Source: a virus
Lineage: Duplodnaviria > Caudoviricetes
Length of the DNA: 26,259 nt
Reading direction: 5' to 3' (one strand)
IMG/VR virus record: IMGVR_UViG_3300011439_000043
Coordinates: 1-26,259 of that record
The first letter of the stretch is position 1; the number at the start of each line of letters is the position of its first letter. The translations under genes and the position numbers were made by a program. The notes beneath the pieces were generated by a model. The model searched no databases and was not told the DNA's origin. It was given only the letters and a program-made list of their open reading frames with translations. Positions 7,888 to 15,775 of this stretch are shown here, piece by piece.

Positions 7888-10800
7888 CCGGTGATCCCTT
7901 TCACGCTCCGCCGGTGCTTGCGGATCACGTTCAGAACAGCCTGCTGCCCGGCCTCGGACTCGATACCCGAGGGGATCTCGTCTGGGTCGGAGACGTTGAC
8001 GATGTTCACCTTGGCAGGCGGTGCACTCACGTTGACGATCGGGGCCTGCTGCTGCGCACCAAGGATCGCTGCCGTCTCGCCGGCGGGAACGATCTTCCCG
8101 TCGCTCGGCGCGGTGAAGAGCTCGCGCCCGCGCTCGCCCACCACGTAGGTCTCGCCCTTCTCGACGGGGCCGCCGTGCTGCTTGCCCGCGAAGGCTCCGA
8201 AGAACGCCGTGCCGGCACTCGCGCCGCCTCCGGTGAACGCATCGAGCAGCGCGATCAGTGCCTTTTGCGCGAGCAGCCTCCCGAGGTCCTGGAGCAGGCT
8301 GATCGTGAACTCCTTGAAGCGGTCCTCGCCGGTGACCGCGAACTCGACGATCGCGGCACCTGCCTGCTGGAAGCCGTTCTTTGCGAAGTCGGCGAAAACC
8401 GAGGTCGACTTGGCCGTCTCGTCCTGCTTCAGGCGCAACGCCTCCAGCGCCGCCGCATACTCGTAGATGTTCAACGCCCCGGTGAGGAACGCCTTGCCAA
8501 GTGCCATCTGGTCGAGCTTGTACTGCTGCTGCGGCCCGCGCAGGCTCTCCAGGAGCTGGCCCTGGTGCTCGAGCGCCTGGAGGTTCTCGAGCCGCGTGCG
8601 CAGAGCCTCCCGCTCCGCCGGCTCGAGCGCGATGCCGTCCTCGCGGAGGTCACGCTCGATGGAGAGCAACTCGACCTCCACCGCGCGCGCGTCGTTCGTC
8701 ATGCCGAGCAGGCGCTGCTGCTCGTCGAGCGCGTCGTTGACCTGCATCAGTGCGTTGGCGCGCTTCTCCTCCGGCGACGCCGCCGCGAGCTCGGCAATCT
8801 GCGCACGCACATTTCCGATCGCGTTCGCGTACTCAGTGTCCGTGATGGTGCGCTCCTTGTGGAGCTCCTCCAGAATCCGCTCGCGCGCTGTGAGCTCCTC
8901 GATCGGGCCCTTGATCTCGCGCAGGACCTCGGCGCGCAGGAGATCCGCTTCGAGGGCTTTCTGGCTCTCCGCGATCAGGTCGCGCAGGCTCTGCACGCTC
9001 GACCCGAGATCCGGCCCTTCCGCCTGGCCGGGTACCGCGATCTTCGCCAGGTCGACTCCATCGGCGTTCGCCGCGAGATCGGCGATGGCCTTGTTGAACT
9101 CCTCCGTGGTGATCGTGCCCGCCTTGAGCAGCGCCTGCGCGGCTGCGAGCTTCGCGGTGAACTCCTCCTGGGGGCCGCGAAGCATGTCGAGGATCCCGGC
9201 TTGGTCCTCCAGGACCTGGTTGCGGCGCAGGAGGTCCTCGATCTCCTTCTTCTGCTCGGGATTGAGCGTCGCCCCGTCCTTCTCGATCGCCGCGATTCGC
9301 GCAAGCAGCGCCGCCTGAACCTCGCGCTCGCGGTTTGACTTCTGGAGGAGAACGGCGTCCTGCTTCAGCTTCTCGATCGTCTTGCCAAACTCGGAGTTTG
9401 CCTCCGCGAGCGCCTCGCGCTGCTTGCGAGCCGCCTCGCGCGCTGCCGCGGTGTTCAGCTTGAGCGCGTCCTGTTTCTTGATCAGCTCCGCGATCTGCGC
9501 CGCGTACCGATCCCGAATGCGGATGTTTTCGGCGTCGACCTTGCCAGTTTCTGCGAACGACCGATCGATCTCCGTCTGCACTCGGGCTGCGACACCCTGC
9601 AGGCGCGTGATGTCCGCGCCGACCTTGGCAAAGTCGCTCAGGCCAATCTTCGCGCCCTTTTGCATCGCCTCCTGGCTGTCCCTGACGAGATCCAGGTACT
9701 CGTCGAGTTTGCGAAGCGCCACCACCGCAGCCGCGGCGCTCGCGATCAGGATCAGGAACGGGCTCACCTTGAACTGCTGATGCATCAGCTTGTAGGCAAG
9801 CGTCGTCTTCGTCGTCGCAAGGGCGAGCTTCGCCTTCGCTGCCGCAGCCACCGCTTCCGCCGCAGCGTTCTCTACCTCGAGGGCTGTGAGCTGCTTCGTT
9901 GTGGCCGCCTGAACGACGGCGTTGGCCGTTGCCTGTTTCGACGCGGCGATCTCGGCTTCCAGGGCAACCGTCGCGGACGAGCGCGCCGTCGTAACCGATT
10001 GGGCCGCGATCGCCGCGCGTTCCTCAGCGGCCGTGAGCGCGGTTGTCGCCGCGATGTGCTCTTCTTCGAGGACAGTGAGCCGGCCGAGCGTCGTCGCGTG
10101 GGGGGTATAGACCGCCCCGAGCGCCGCGCCAGTCTTTGCCGCCTCGGCTTGGGCGACAGCGAGAGCGTTTGTTGCAACAGCGCTCTCCGCCTCGAGAATC
10201 GCGATCCGCTCCGCGGCGAGAACCCTGGCAGCGTCCGCCGCGCTCCGCTCGGTGACCACCAGCGCATTTGCCGCCTGGGCCCTCGTGCTCGCGAGCACCC
10301 CTGCTGTGTGCTCGGCTGCAGCCTCGGCAGCGTGGAACTCCTCGAGAGCCAACAGGCGCGCCGCCTCTGCGGATCCGAGCATGACCGCCTTCCCTGCAAC
10401 GACGGCCTGGCTCATCTGCAGGAAGTTGCTCGCCGCCGTTGCCGAGTCGGTGATGATCGGAGTGAGCTTGATCGCCGCCACTCCGCCAGCCAGGAGCAGC
10501 GCCGCGTTCGCTGCGTCGTCGATGTTGTCGGCAAGCACGAGGATCGCACTCGACACGCCAGCGCTCGCACCCTTCGACTCATTCATCTCGCCGACGAACT
10601 GCACCAGGTTGTTACGCAGCACCGTGAAGGACTGGCTGATGGTCGGAACGCTCTTCGCGAAGCGCCCCTCGAGCTCCTCGCGCGCGCCCTTGAAGGCGTC
10701 GAGAACGATGTCGGCGGTGATCTTCCCCTCTGCGCCGAGCTGGCGGAGCTCGCCGCGGGTGATCCCCATGCTCTTCGAGATGACGTCCGCCACCACAGGG

Positions 10801-11312
10801 AGCTGCTCGAGGACCGATCGAAGCTCGTCGCCGCGAAGGGCTCCCGACGCAAGACCCTGGGAGAGCTGTATCAGGCCGGCGCGCGCCTCGTCCGCGCTCG
10901 CGCCCGAGAGGATCACGGCCTGGTTCAGGGATTCCGTGAAGCGCAGGAGTTCCAGCTCGGTGCGCCCGAGCTCCTTTGCCGCCAGTCCCACGCGCGAGTA
11001 GACCTCGGCTGTTGCATCAAACGCAGATCGCGTTCGGTCCGCGATGGCGAAGACCTCGTCGGTGACGACTCCGAGCCGTTCCTGGTCATCGGTGACCGTG
11101 CGCAGCCGGTTCTGGACGTTCGTGTATGCGTCGGCGAGCTGGCCGAGCTCGCGCACGAGGATTGCGACGCTCACACCGGTGAGTGCCCGCGCGATCGCGC
11201 CACGCATCTTGTCGGCCTTGTTCTCGACCTGCGTGAGCGATCGCTCAACGGTCGCGATCCCGCGCGGTGCCTGCGCGGGATCGACAATTACATTTATACG
11301 GAAGTCGGTAAT
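7884..11312 (-). CDS. Tail tape measure protein (about 1142 aa if ATT at 11312 is the start; ORF open to GTG at 11339)
   Basis: Tape-measure N-terminal domain (QLSQGLASGALRGDELRSVLEQLP), Ala-rich and coiled-coil middle, C-terminal HGGPV...YVVGERGRELF. A strong SD AAGGAGGT lies at 11324-11317. Confidence 0.93.
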   Translation of the reverse strand: MTDFRINVIVDPAQAPRGIATVERSLTQVENKADKMRGAIARALTGVSVAILVRELGQLADAYTNVQNRLRTVTDDQERLGVVTDEVFAIADRTRSAFDATAEVYSRVGLAAKELGRTELELLRFTESLNQAVILSGASADEARAGLIQLSQGLASGALRGDELRSVLEQLPVVADVISKSMGITRGELRQLGAEGKITADIVLDAFKGAREELEGRFAKSVPTISQSFTVLRNNLVQFVGEMNESKGASAGVSSAILVLADNIDDAANAALLLAGGVAAIKLTPIITDSATAASNFLQMSQAVVAGKAVMLGSAEAARLLALEEFHAAEAAAEHTAGVLASTRAQAANALVVTERSAADAARVLAAERIAILEAESAVATNALAVAQAEAAKTGAALGAVYTPHATTLGRLTVLEEEHIAATTALTAAEERAAIAAQSVTTARSSATVALEAEIAASKQATANAVVQAATTKQLTALEVENAAAEAVAAAAKAKLALATTKTTLAYKLMHQQFKVSPFLILIASAAAAVVALRKLDEYLDLVRDSQEAMQKGAKIGLSDFAKVGADITRLQGVAARVQTEIDRSFAETGKVDAENIRIRDRYAAQIAELIKKQDALKLNTAAAREAARKQREALAEANSEFGKTIEKLKQDAVLLQKSNREREVQAALLARIAAIEKDGATLNPEQKKEIEDLLRRNQVLEDQAGILDMLRGPQEEFTAKLAAAQALLKAGTITTEEFNKAIADLAANADGVDLAKIAVPGQAEGPDLGSSVQSLRDLIAESQKALEADLLRAEVLREIKGPIEELTARERILEELHKERTITDTEYANAIGNVRAQIAELAAASPEEKRANALMQVNDALDEQQRLLGMTNDARAVEVELLSIERDLREDGIALEPAEREALRTRLENLQALEHQGQLLESLRGPQQQYKLDQMALGKAFLTGALNIYEYAAALEALRLKQDETAKSTSVFADFAKNGFQQAGAAIVEFAVTGEDRFKEFTISLLQDLGRLLAQKALIALLDAFTGGGASAGTAFFGAFAGKQHGGPVEKGETYVVGERGRELFTAPSDGKIVPAGETAAILGAQQQAPIVNVSAPPAKVNIVNVSDPDEIPSGIESEAGQQAVLNVIRKHRRSVKGITG

Positions 11313-11893
11313 TTCGACCTCCTTTGCTTCCAAGCACACACCGCAGCAGCGCTCATGTTCCTTCGACTATCCTCACTCGCCGAAGGCCGACCACTTTGCC
11401 ATGCGCTCATCTTGGCGCGGGCCTCATCCGAGTGCTTCGATCCAATCCTCGCCAGGCGAGACGCCGCCAGCGTTTCGGGCGATGGCGCACGACCGCGGTG
11501 CGCCGCACTCATTTTCTCGCGTGTCTCAAAGCTGTGCTTCTTGCCGAGCTTTGCTGCGCGCATCTTCTTCCGGGTCTCCTCGTGCGGGGACGACCTACTG
11601 CCCCCCTCTCGGAGGTTGTACCCGTGCGGACTCCTTGTCCCAAGCGCGACGATTGCCTTCGGCTCGATCTTGTTCAGGTAGTCCCAGTCCGCGAGGAGCA
11701 TCGTCTCCATTCGAAACGATGCTCTTCCGTACTTCCGGATCGCAGCGGCGAGGTGGCTCCGCCCGCCGCGCATAGCATGGCCAACGTGATCGCTCCATCG
11801 ACGACCGAGACTGCGGCAGGTAATGCCGACGTACCGCTTTCCACTCGGCGCTGTGACGAGGTATAGCCGTCCAGGCTTCTTAGAATCCGTCAC
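11294..11893 (-). CDS. GIY-YIG homing endonuclease with NUMOD3 repeats (about 199 aa)
   Basis: GRLYLVT...KRYVGIT..SLGRRWSDH...AIRKYG...E...GYNLREGG catalytic domain, then NUMOD3-like repeats (HEETRKKMRAAKLG, HSFETREKMSAAHRG, HSDEARAKMSAWQSG). GTG start at 11893 overlaps the TGA of the chaperone GT frame. Confidence 0.92.
   Translation of the reverse strand: MTDSKKPGRLYLVTAPSGKRYVGITCRSLGRRWSDHVGHAMRGGRSHLAAAIRKYGRASFRMETMLLADWDYLNKIEPKAIVALGTRSPHGYNLREGGSRSSPHEETRKKMRAAKLGKKHSFETREKMSAAHRGRAPSPETLAASRLARIGSKHSDEARAKMSAWQSGRPSASEDSRRNMSAAAVCAWKQRRSKLPTSV
11317..11324 (-). promoter_or_regulatory. Strong Shine-Dalgarno sequence for the tape measure gene, inside the 3' end of the GIY-YIG gene
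   Basis: Minus strand AAAGGAGGT-CGAA-ATT ACC GAC TTC; the GGAGG core is 5 nt from an in-frame ATT. Confidence 0.7.
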
Positions 11894-12312
11894 CGCCGTC
11901 TGCCGCCTGCGCGTCGCTTCACCTTGCGATCGCCTCCGGGCACGGGCTTCTTGACGCCGCCGCCCTCCATGGATCGGGCCGATCGCTTGTACTCGTTCGA
12001 CTGCCACTCCATGTACCCGCCGTCCATGAGATGAATGATCGTCCAGAACGGCCCGATCATATCGGCGTCAAGGCCCGCCTTCGACGCGTAGTCGATCGCG
12101 CGGCTCCAGGGGATCCATCCGAGAACCTGCCCAACGCTGCGCTCGGTGGACAGGCTCCAGAATGCGCGAAGGTAGAAACCCTCTCCCGGAAGGATCTCGG
12201 GCTCGTCCACGTACCAGTCGGGTGGCTCGCGGCCCTTCTTGGCCCCCTCCTCCACCGACCAACCGTCGCGGAGGTATCGGAGCTCCCAGAGGAGCCGCGC
12301 CCTCAGTTTCCC
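11890..12312 (-). CDS. Tail assembly chaperone, gpT-like portion, expressed as a G-T fusion (about 293 aa from 12770) by -1 frameshift
   Basis: The -1 frame relative to gpG reads GKLRARLLWELRY...FYLRAFWSLSTERSVGQVLGWIPWSRAIDYA...IIHLMDGGYMEW. It lies between gpG and the tape measure. Confidence 0.85.
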   Translation of the reverse strand, partial: GKLRARLLWELRYLRDGWSVEEGAKKGREPPDWYVDEPEILPGEGFYLRAFWSLSTERSVGQVLGWIPWSRAIDYASKAGLDADMIGPFWTIIHLMDGGYMEWQSNEYKRSARSMEGGGVKKPVPGGDRKVKRRAGGRRR

Positions 12313-12770
12313 GCTTGCTCCACGACCTCCGCGTGGGTGGGCATCTCGGGCTGGATGAAGTTCTCCTGGTCGGCGCAGAAGTTTCGGACCTGCTGGAAGA
12401 TCCACCTCGGGAGTGCCTGGATGTACTCCGCGGCCGCTTTCGAGGAGAACGGCGCGGGCTTGTTCCCGTCTTCGTAGACGTCCTCCCAGCCATCGATCAC
12501 GAACAGGGGGTATAGCCTGAGGTCCTCGTCGAAGTTGTCGTCGAGCACGTCTTGCGGAGTGCGCCCGCCCTTGTACGCCTTCGAGTTTTTCGCGAGCCGT
12601 TTGACGACCTGGTTCCAGAACTCCTTGTTCTCCTCCGTTGCTGGACGAACGATCAGCACCGGGTGCTTGTTCTTCGAACCGGGGGGCGTGTCAAGTTGGC
12701 TGATCTCGAAGCGAGCCGTTGTCTTCCCGTCGATGTGGAGCTTTTTGAGATGCTCGAATCTGCTAACCAT
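12303..12770 (-). CDS. Tail assembly chaperone (gpG-like)
   Basis: 155 aa directly downstream of the tail tube; ends EQAGN* at the slippery site; SD-like AAGGAAG upstream. Confidence 0.88.
   Translation of the reverse strand: MVSRFEHLKKLHIDGKTTARFEISQLDTPPGSKNKHPVLIVRPATEENKEFWNQVVKRLAKNSKAYKGGRTPQDVLDDNFDEDLRLYPLFVIDGWEDVYEDGNKPAPFSSKAAAEYIQALPRWIFQQVRNFCADQENFIQPEMPTHAEVVEQAGN
12306..12312 (-). promoter_or_regulatory. Programmed -1 ribosomal frameshift heptamer G GGA AAC
   Basis: GCG GGA AAC TGA at the end of gpG, in X XXY YYZ form and the correct phase; analogous to lambda G/GT GGGAAAG. Confidence 0.88.
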
Positions 12771-12797
12771 GCCGGGGCTTCCTTCTTGAAAGTACTA

Positions 12798-12827
12798 CGA
12801 GGCGCCCCTCGGTTGAGGAGCGCCTCG
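12798..12827 (-). terminator. Stem-loop after the tail tube gene (terminator or mRNA-stabilising hairpin)
   Basis: Minus strand CGAGGCGCTCCTC-AACC-GAGGGGCGCCTCG forms a 13-bp stem with one G-U pair, followed by TAGTACTTTC (weak U tract). Confidence 0.65.
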
Positions 12828-12868
12828 AAAGAATGCCAAGTCCCTGGATCCGGGTCTAGGCGTCGCGA

Positions 12869-14428
12869 TCAGGCCGTCGGAACAATCGGGATGATCGAGA
12901 CCCCCAGCGACGTCCCGAAAACCGGATCCAGGAAGGCTTGGCCGGTCAACGCAACCTTGACCGATTCGTTTCGCGGGAGCTCGCGGCCGCCGTTGCCGAG
13001 CGTGAGAGAGGGGATGTCGAAGCCAACCACGCCGTCGTCGTTGTGGATTGCCCAGTCCATTGAGCAGGTCGTGTTGCCGCGGATGCGCGCGATGACGTTC
13101 GGGCTCGTGAAGAGCGCGGTGGTCTCGATGTCCACCTCGAAGTTCCCGTAGTTCAGGAAGCGCGCACCGAGGAACCCGAGCACCTTCTCGGGGCCCACGT
13201 TGTTGGAGAGCGACGTGGTCATGTCGGTGAGATCGGTCGTGAGTCCGGTCTCGTCGACGTCCTGGATGCGCAAGCGAACGAAGTCGCTCGTCGTGTTGAA
13301 GGCAGCCGTCTGGCGAGGCTGCGCGGGCGTATCTGCGTTGGTTTCGCGATCGGCGTTGTCGACGGGCGGAACCGTGTCCGATCCGATGAAGCTCAGCGTG
13401 AGCGTCGCCTTGTCCTGGCCCGGCATGTTGATCTGCATGCCGTTCGCCAGGTTGTCCTCGGCGTACTCGAAGCCGTCAGGTTCTGGGACCGGCGTCGGCG
13501 GGTCCGTCTCGAAGAGGTTGGGCCACGAACCCTCGAAGTCGAAGTAGCGCTCGAGGAAGGAAGCATGGCTGACCGGGACGTTGCGGATGAAGAGCCCGAA
13601 GAGCAGGTCAACAGCATCGGCCGCCTGGTTGCCGCCACCGTTCAGTCCGGTTCCGAGCCTGTTCGTGATCTTGTCGACCACGATGTCACCACCGACCGTG
13701 TTCGCGATCGATCGCACGCGCGCGTACGCGGTTCCATTGGTGAACTGCGTCGCCCCGGTGAGTCCACCGATGTGGATAAGCTGCCCGACCGTGAGCCCAA
13801 TAAGGCTCGGGTTCGTGAGCGCAGAGGAAAGTGTGTTCGTGGCGTCCGTCCACACAAGGTCGGTGAAACGCCAGCCCGCGGTCTCGATCGTGGCGAGCGC
13901 CGTATTGCCGGGGTCCTCGTCGATGAACGCTGGCGATCCCTTGACGGGCGTTTCCGTCGTTGTGCCCGCCGCGTCCACCTCGAAGAGCGCATTCGCTATC
14001 GACTGCGCGAAGCCGCGGCCGTAGACGAGCTGGTGCTCGGGCATCGCGGCAGCAATCGCGTCGTGCGTGAAGCCTGCGACCCCCACGCCGGGAACGTCGT
14101 TGTCCACCTTCAGGTTGTCCCAGAGCGCCCCCGACTTCAGGCGGTAGTTGGTGGCGAGCGCGAAGATGAAGCCCTCGACGAAGTCGAGCCAGGAGTCGAC
14201 GGTCAGGTCGACCTCGAACTCGACCGTGGAGTCGAGGTCAACGATCGTGCCCTTGCGTCGCTGGCGATTCGGGGAGATCGGCGCGCGCGCGACAGTCGCG
14301 ATCTCCGCACCCCAGGTCGTGACGTCCTCTGGCTCGAGCAGCTTCCATGCGGGCGACGCGCCAAGCACTCCGAAGGACTGCTGGATTGCGAACGCCAGTG
14401 CGAAGTTGTTGGTGAGCGTGCGTCCCAT
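12869..14428 (-). CDS. Major tail tube protein (519 aa)
   Basis: VARAPISPNRQRRKGTIVDLDS N-terminal motif; C-terminal FDIPSLTLGNGGRELPRNESV; lies between the terminator and chaperone genes; SD GGAG. Confidence 0.88.
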   Translation of the reverse strand: MGRTLTNNFALAFAIQQSFGVLGASPAWKLLEPEDVTTWGAEIATVARAPISPNRQRRKGTIVDLDSTVEFEVDLTVDSWLDFVEGFIFALATNYRLKSGALWDNLKVDNDVPGVGVAGFTHDAIAAAMPEHQLVYGRGFAQSIANALFEVDAAGTTTETPVKGSPAFIDEDPGNTALATIETAGWRFTDLVWTDATNTLSSALTNPSLIGLTVGQLIHIGGLTGATQFTNGTAYARVRSIANTVGGDIVVDKITNRLGTGLNGGGNQAADAVDLLFGLFIRNVPVSHASFLERYFDFEGSWPNLFETDPPTPVPEPDGFEYAEDNLANGMQINMPGQDKATLTLSFIGSDTVPPVDNADRETNADTPAQPRQTAAFNTTSDFVRLRIQDVDETGLTTDLTDMTTSLSNNVGPEKVLGFLGARFLNYGNFEVDIETTALFTSPNVIARIRGNTTCSMDWAIHNDDGVVGFDIPSLTLGNGGRELPRNESVKVALTGQAFLDPVFGTSLGVSIIPIVPTA

Positions 14429-14440
14429 AGTCTCGTTCTC

Positions 14441-14848
14441 CTACTTCGTCTCGTGGAAGTCGAATGGCACCTCCACAATGGCCGTGTTCCAGATGCCGCG
14501 CTCCTGGCCCGTCTCGCGCGCGTCCGAAGCGAATGATCGAATCCCCGCGAAGCTGACTCCCTCGAAGAGGTCGTTTGCCGCCTTCATCAGCGGATCGAGC
14601 GCGCCCTCTCCGCTGTCGATTGGCGTGTACAAGTTCACGAAGATCGCCGCAATCCTCGTGAACTTGCGCGAGCCGATGGGCCCAAGTGTGTGGCTCGGCG
14701 TCACCTGATTTCGCACGGTGAGCCGCGCCCAATTCTCCTCTCGGGGCTCGTCGAACGGCTCGCCTGCGAACGTCCACTCGACGGTAGCCGTCCAGCCGTC
14801 GCGCCAGCGCTGGTAGATCGACTCGCGAACTTCCTCGAAGGTCGGCAT
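14441..14848 (-). CDS. Tail terminator-like protein (135 aa)
   Basis: Likely true start is ATG 14848 (MPTFEEVRESIYQRW...WARLTVR...VEVPFDFHETK), immediately upstream of the tail tube. Confidence 0.75.
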   Translation of the reverse strand: MPTFEEVRESIYQRWRDGWTATVEWTFAGEPFDEPREENWARLTVRNQVTPSHTLGPIGSRKFTRIAAIFVNLYTPIDSGEGALDPLMKAANDLFEGVSFAGIRSFASDARETGQERGIWNTAIVEVPFDFHETK

Positions 14849-14850
14849 GG

Positions 14851-15267
14851 TCAGGCCGCGCGCGCAACCTGTCGGATGGCTCGAAGGATAGCGGTCTGCA
14901 CGAACGCGCGCGGAGCCTGACCAGAGCTCCCGTCGTTCAGGCTCTCGATGTAGGGAACGCCGTTCGAAACGAAGATGGGGCCCTGCCGAAGCTTGTAGCG
15001 CGTCGCGACGATCGCGATGCCCCGCTCTGCCGGCCCAAGGTCGATGCTCCCCTTCTCGGCCGAGGCGCGCGTGCCCACGGTGCCCGATCGAGCAGATCCG
15101 ATGGCGGGCACCCAATTCGCTCGAGCCCAGCCCGTGTCGACGGGCGTGCCGCCCTCGCTCGGAGCCGCGACCAGGTTCGCGTGCACGAGCAGCGTGAGAC
15201 GCTTGATGTTCTTCTCCGTGAAGAGCGTCAGCTCCTGCACCACGAACCGGGTCTGCTTGCTGGCCAA
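14851..15267 (-). CDS. Neck / tail completion protein (HK97 gp10-like)
   Basis: TPVDTGWARANW and NGVPYIESLNDGSSGQAPRAFV motifs. Confidence 0.85.
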   Translation of the reverse strand: MASKQTRFVVQELTLFTEKNIKRLTLLVHANLVAAPSEGGTPVDTGWARANWVPAIGSARSGTVGTRASAEKGSIDLGPAERGIAIVATRYKLRQGPIFVSNGVPYIESLNDGSSGQAPRAFVQTAILRAIRQVARAA

Positions 15268-15279
15268 GGGTGAGCACTC

Positions 15280-15705
15280 TCAGGCCATCGGCTTGTAGCC
15301 GTGCTCCTCGAGCCAGCGGTTTGCCGCATCGGTCCCTTGCACCTTGGCGAGCTCCGCGCCGTCTTTCGACATGCGATACCAGCCGCCGCCGAGATTCTCG
15401 ATATCGAGCCCTTCATCGGCAACTGGGGTTGGGGGAATGCCGTCCTTAAGGCGCCGACGCGCGACCAGGTACTCGGTCCATGGATGGCCCTTTGGACCGA
15501 TCCGGTTCCGCCGCCAGAGCGCGAAGAGGTGGTGACGCCGAAACTCCGACGCCGCGATCTCGGTTCCGATCGGAATAAACTCCCGGCTCGTTCTGCGAAT
15601 GGGACGGACGACCACCCAGACATCGCTGCGCCGAAAGCGCGGCTTCCCAGGCATCCGGAGCTGTCCGGATCCGGGCGCTTGCGACTGTGCAACAGGTTCT
15701 GCCAT
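15280..15705 (-). CDS. Hypothetical phage protein downstream of the major capsid gene
   Basis: ATG with GAGG SD; fills the operon gap; C-terminal GGGWY motif. Confidence 0.65.
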   Translation of the reverse strand: MAEPVAQSQAPGSGQLRMPGKPRFRRSDVWVVVRPIRRTSREFIPIGTEIAASEFRRHHLFALWRRNRIGPKGHPWTEYLVARRRLKDGIPPTPVADEGLDIENLGGGWYRMSKDGAELAKVQGTDAANRWLEEHGYKPMA

Positions 15706-15733
15706 GTGCCGTCCTCTGATTTGAGCGTTTGCT

Positions 15734-15769
15734 GTAAGGGGGCGAAAGCCTGCGCTCCCGCCCCCTTAC
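15734..15769 (-). terminator. Long stem-loop immediately after the major capsid stop
   Basis: Minus strand GTAAGGGGGCGGGAGC-GCAG-GCTTTCGCCCCCTTAC forms a 16-bp stem with two G-U pairs; no U tract. Confidence 0.65.
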
Positions 15770-15775
15770 CCATCA

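Noticed and set aside
4516-11681. Long plus-strand ORFs (4516-5943, 5953-7587, 7914-9338, 9660-11681)
   Set aside because: Antisense shadows caused by high-GC codon bias of the real minus-strand genes.
11294-11893. Group I intron or intein around either endonuclease
   Set aside because: There is no non-coding room for a ribozyme core, no intein termini, and the neighbouring genes are intact rather than interrupted.
11894-12007. N-terminal extension of the GIY-YIG ORF in the track
   Set aside because: It overlaps the GT coding region; GTG 11893 at the GTGA overlap sits just before the catalytic motif.
14849-15277. Upstream extension of the 278-aa ORF
   Set aside because: It overlaps the neck gene in another frame; the terminator protein plausibly begins at ATG 14848.
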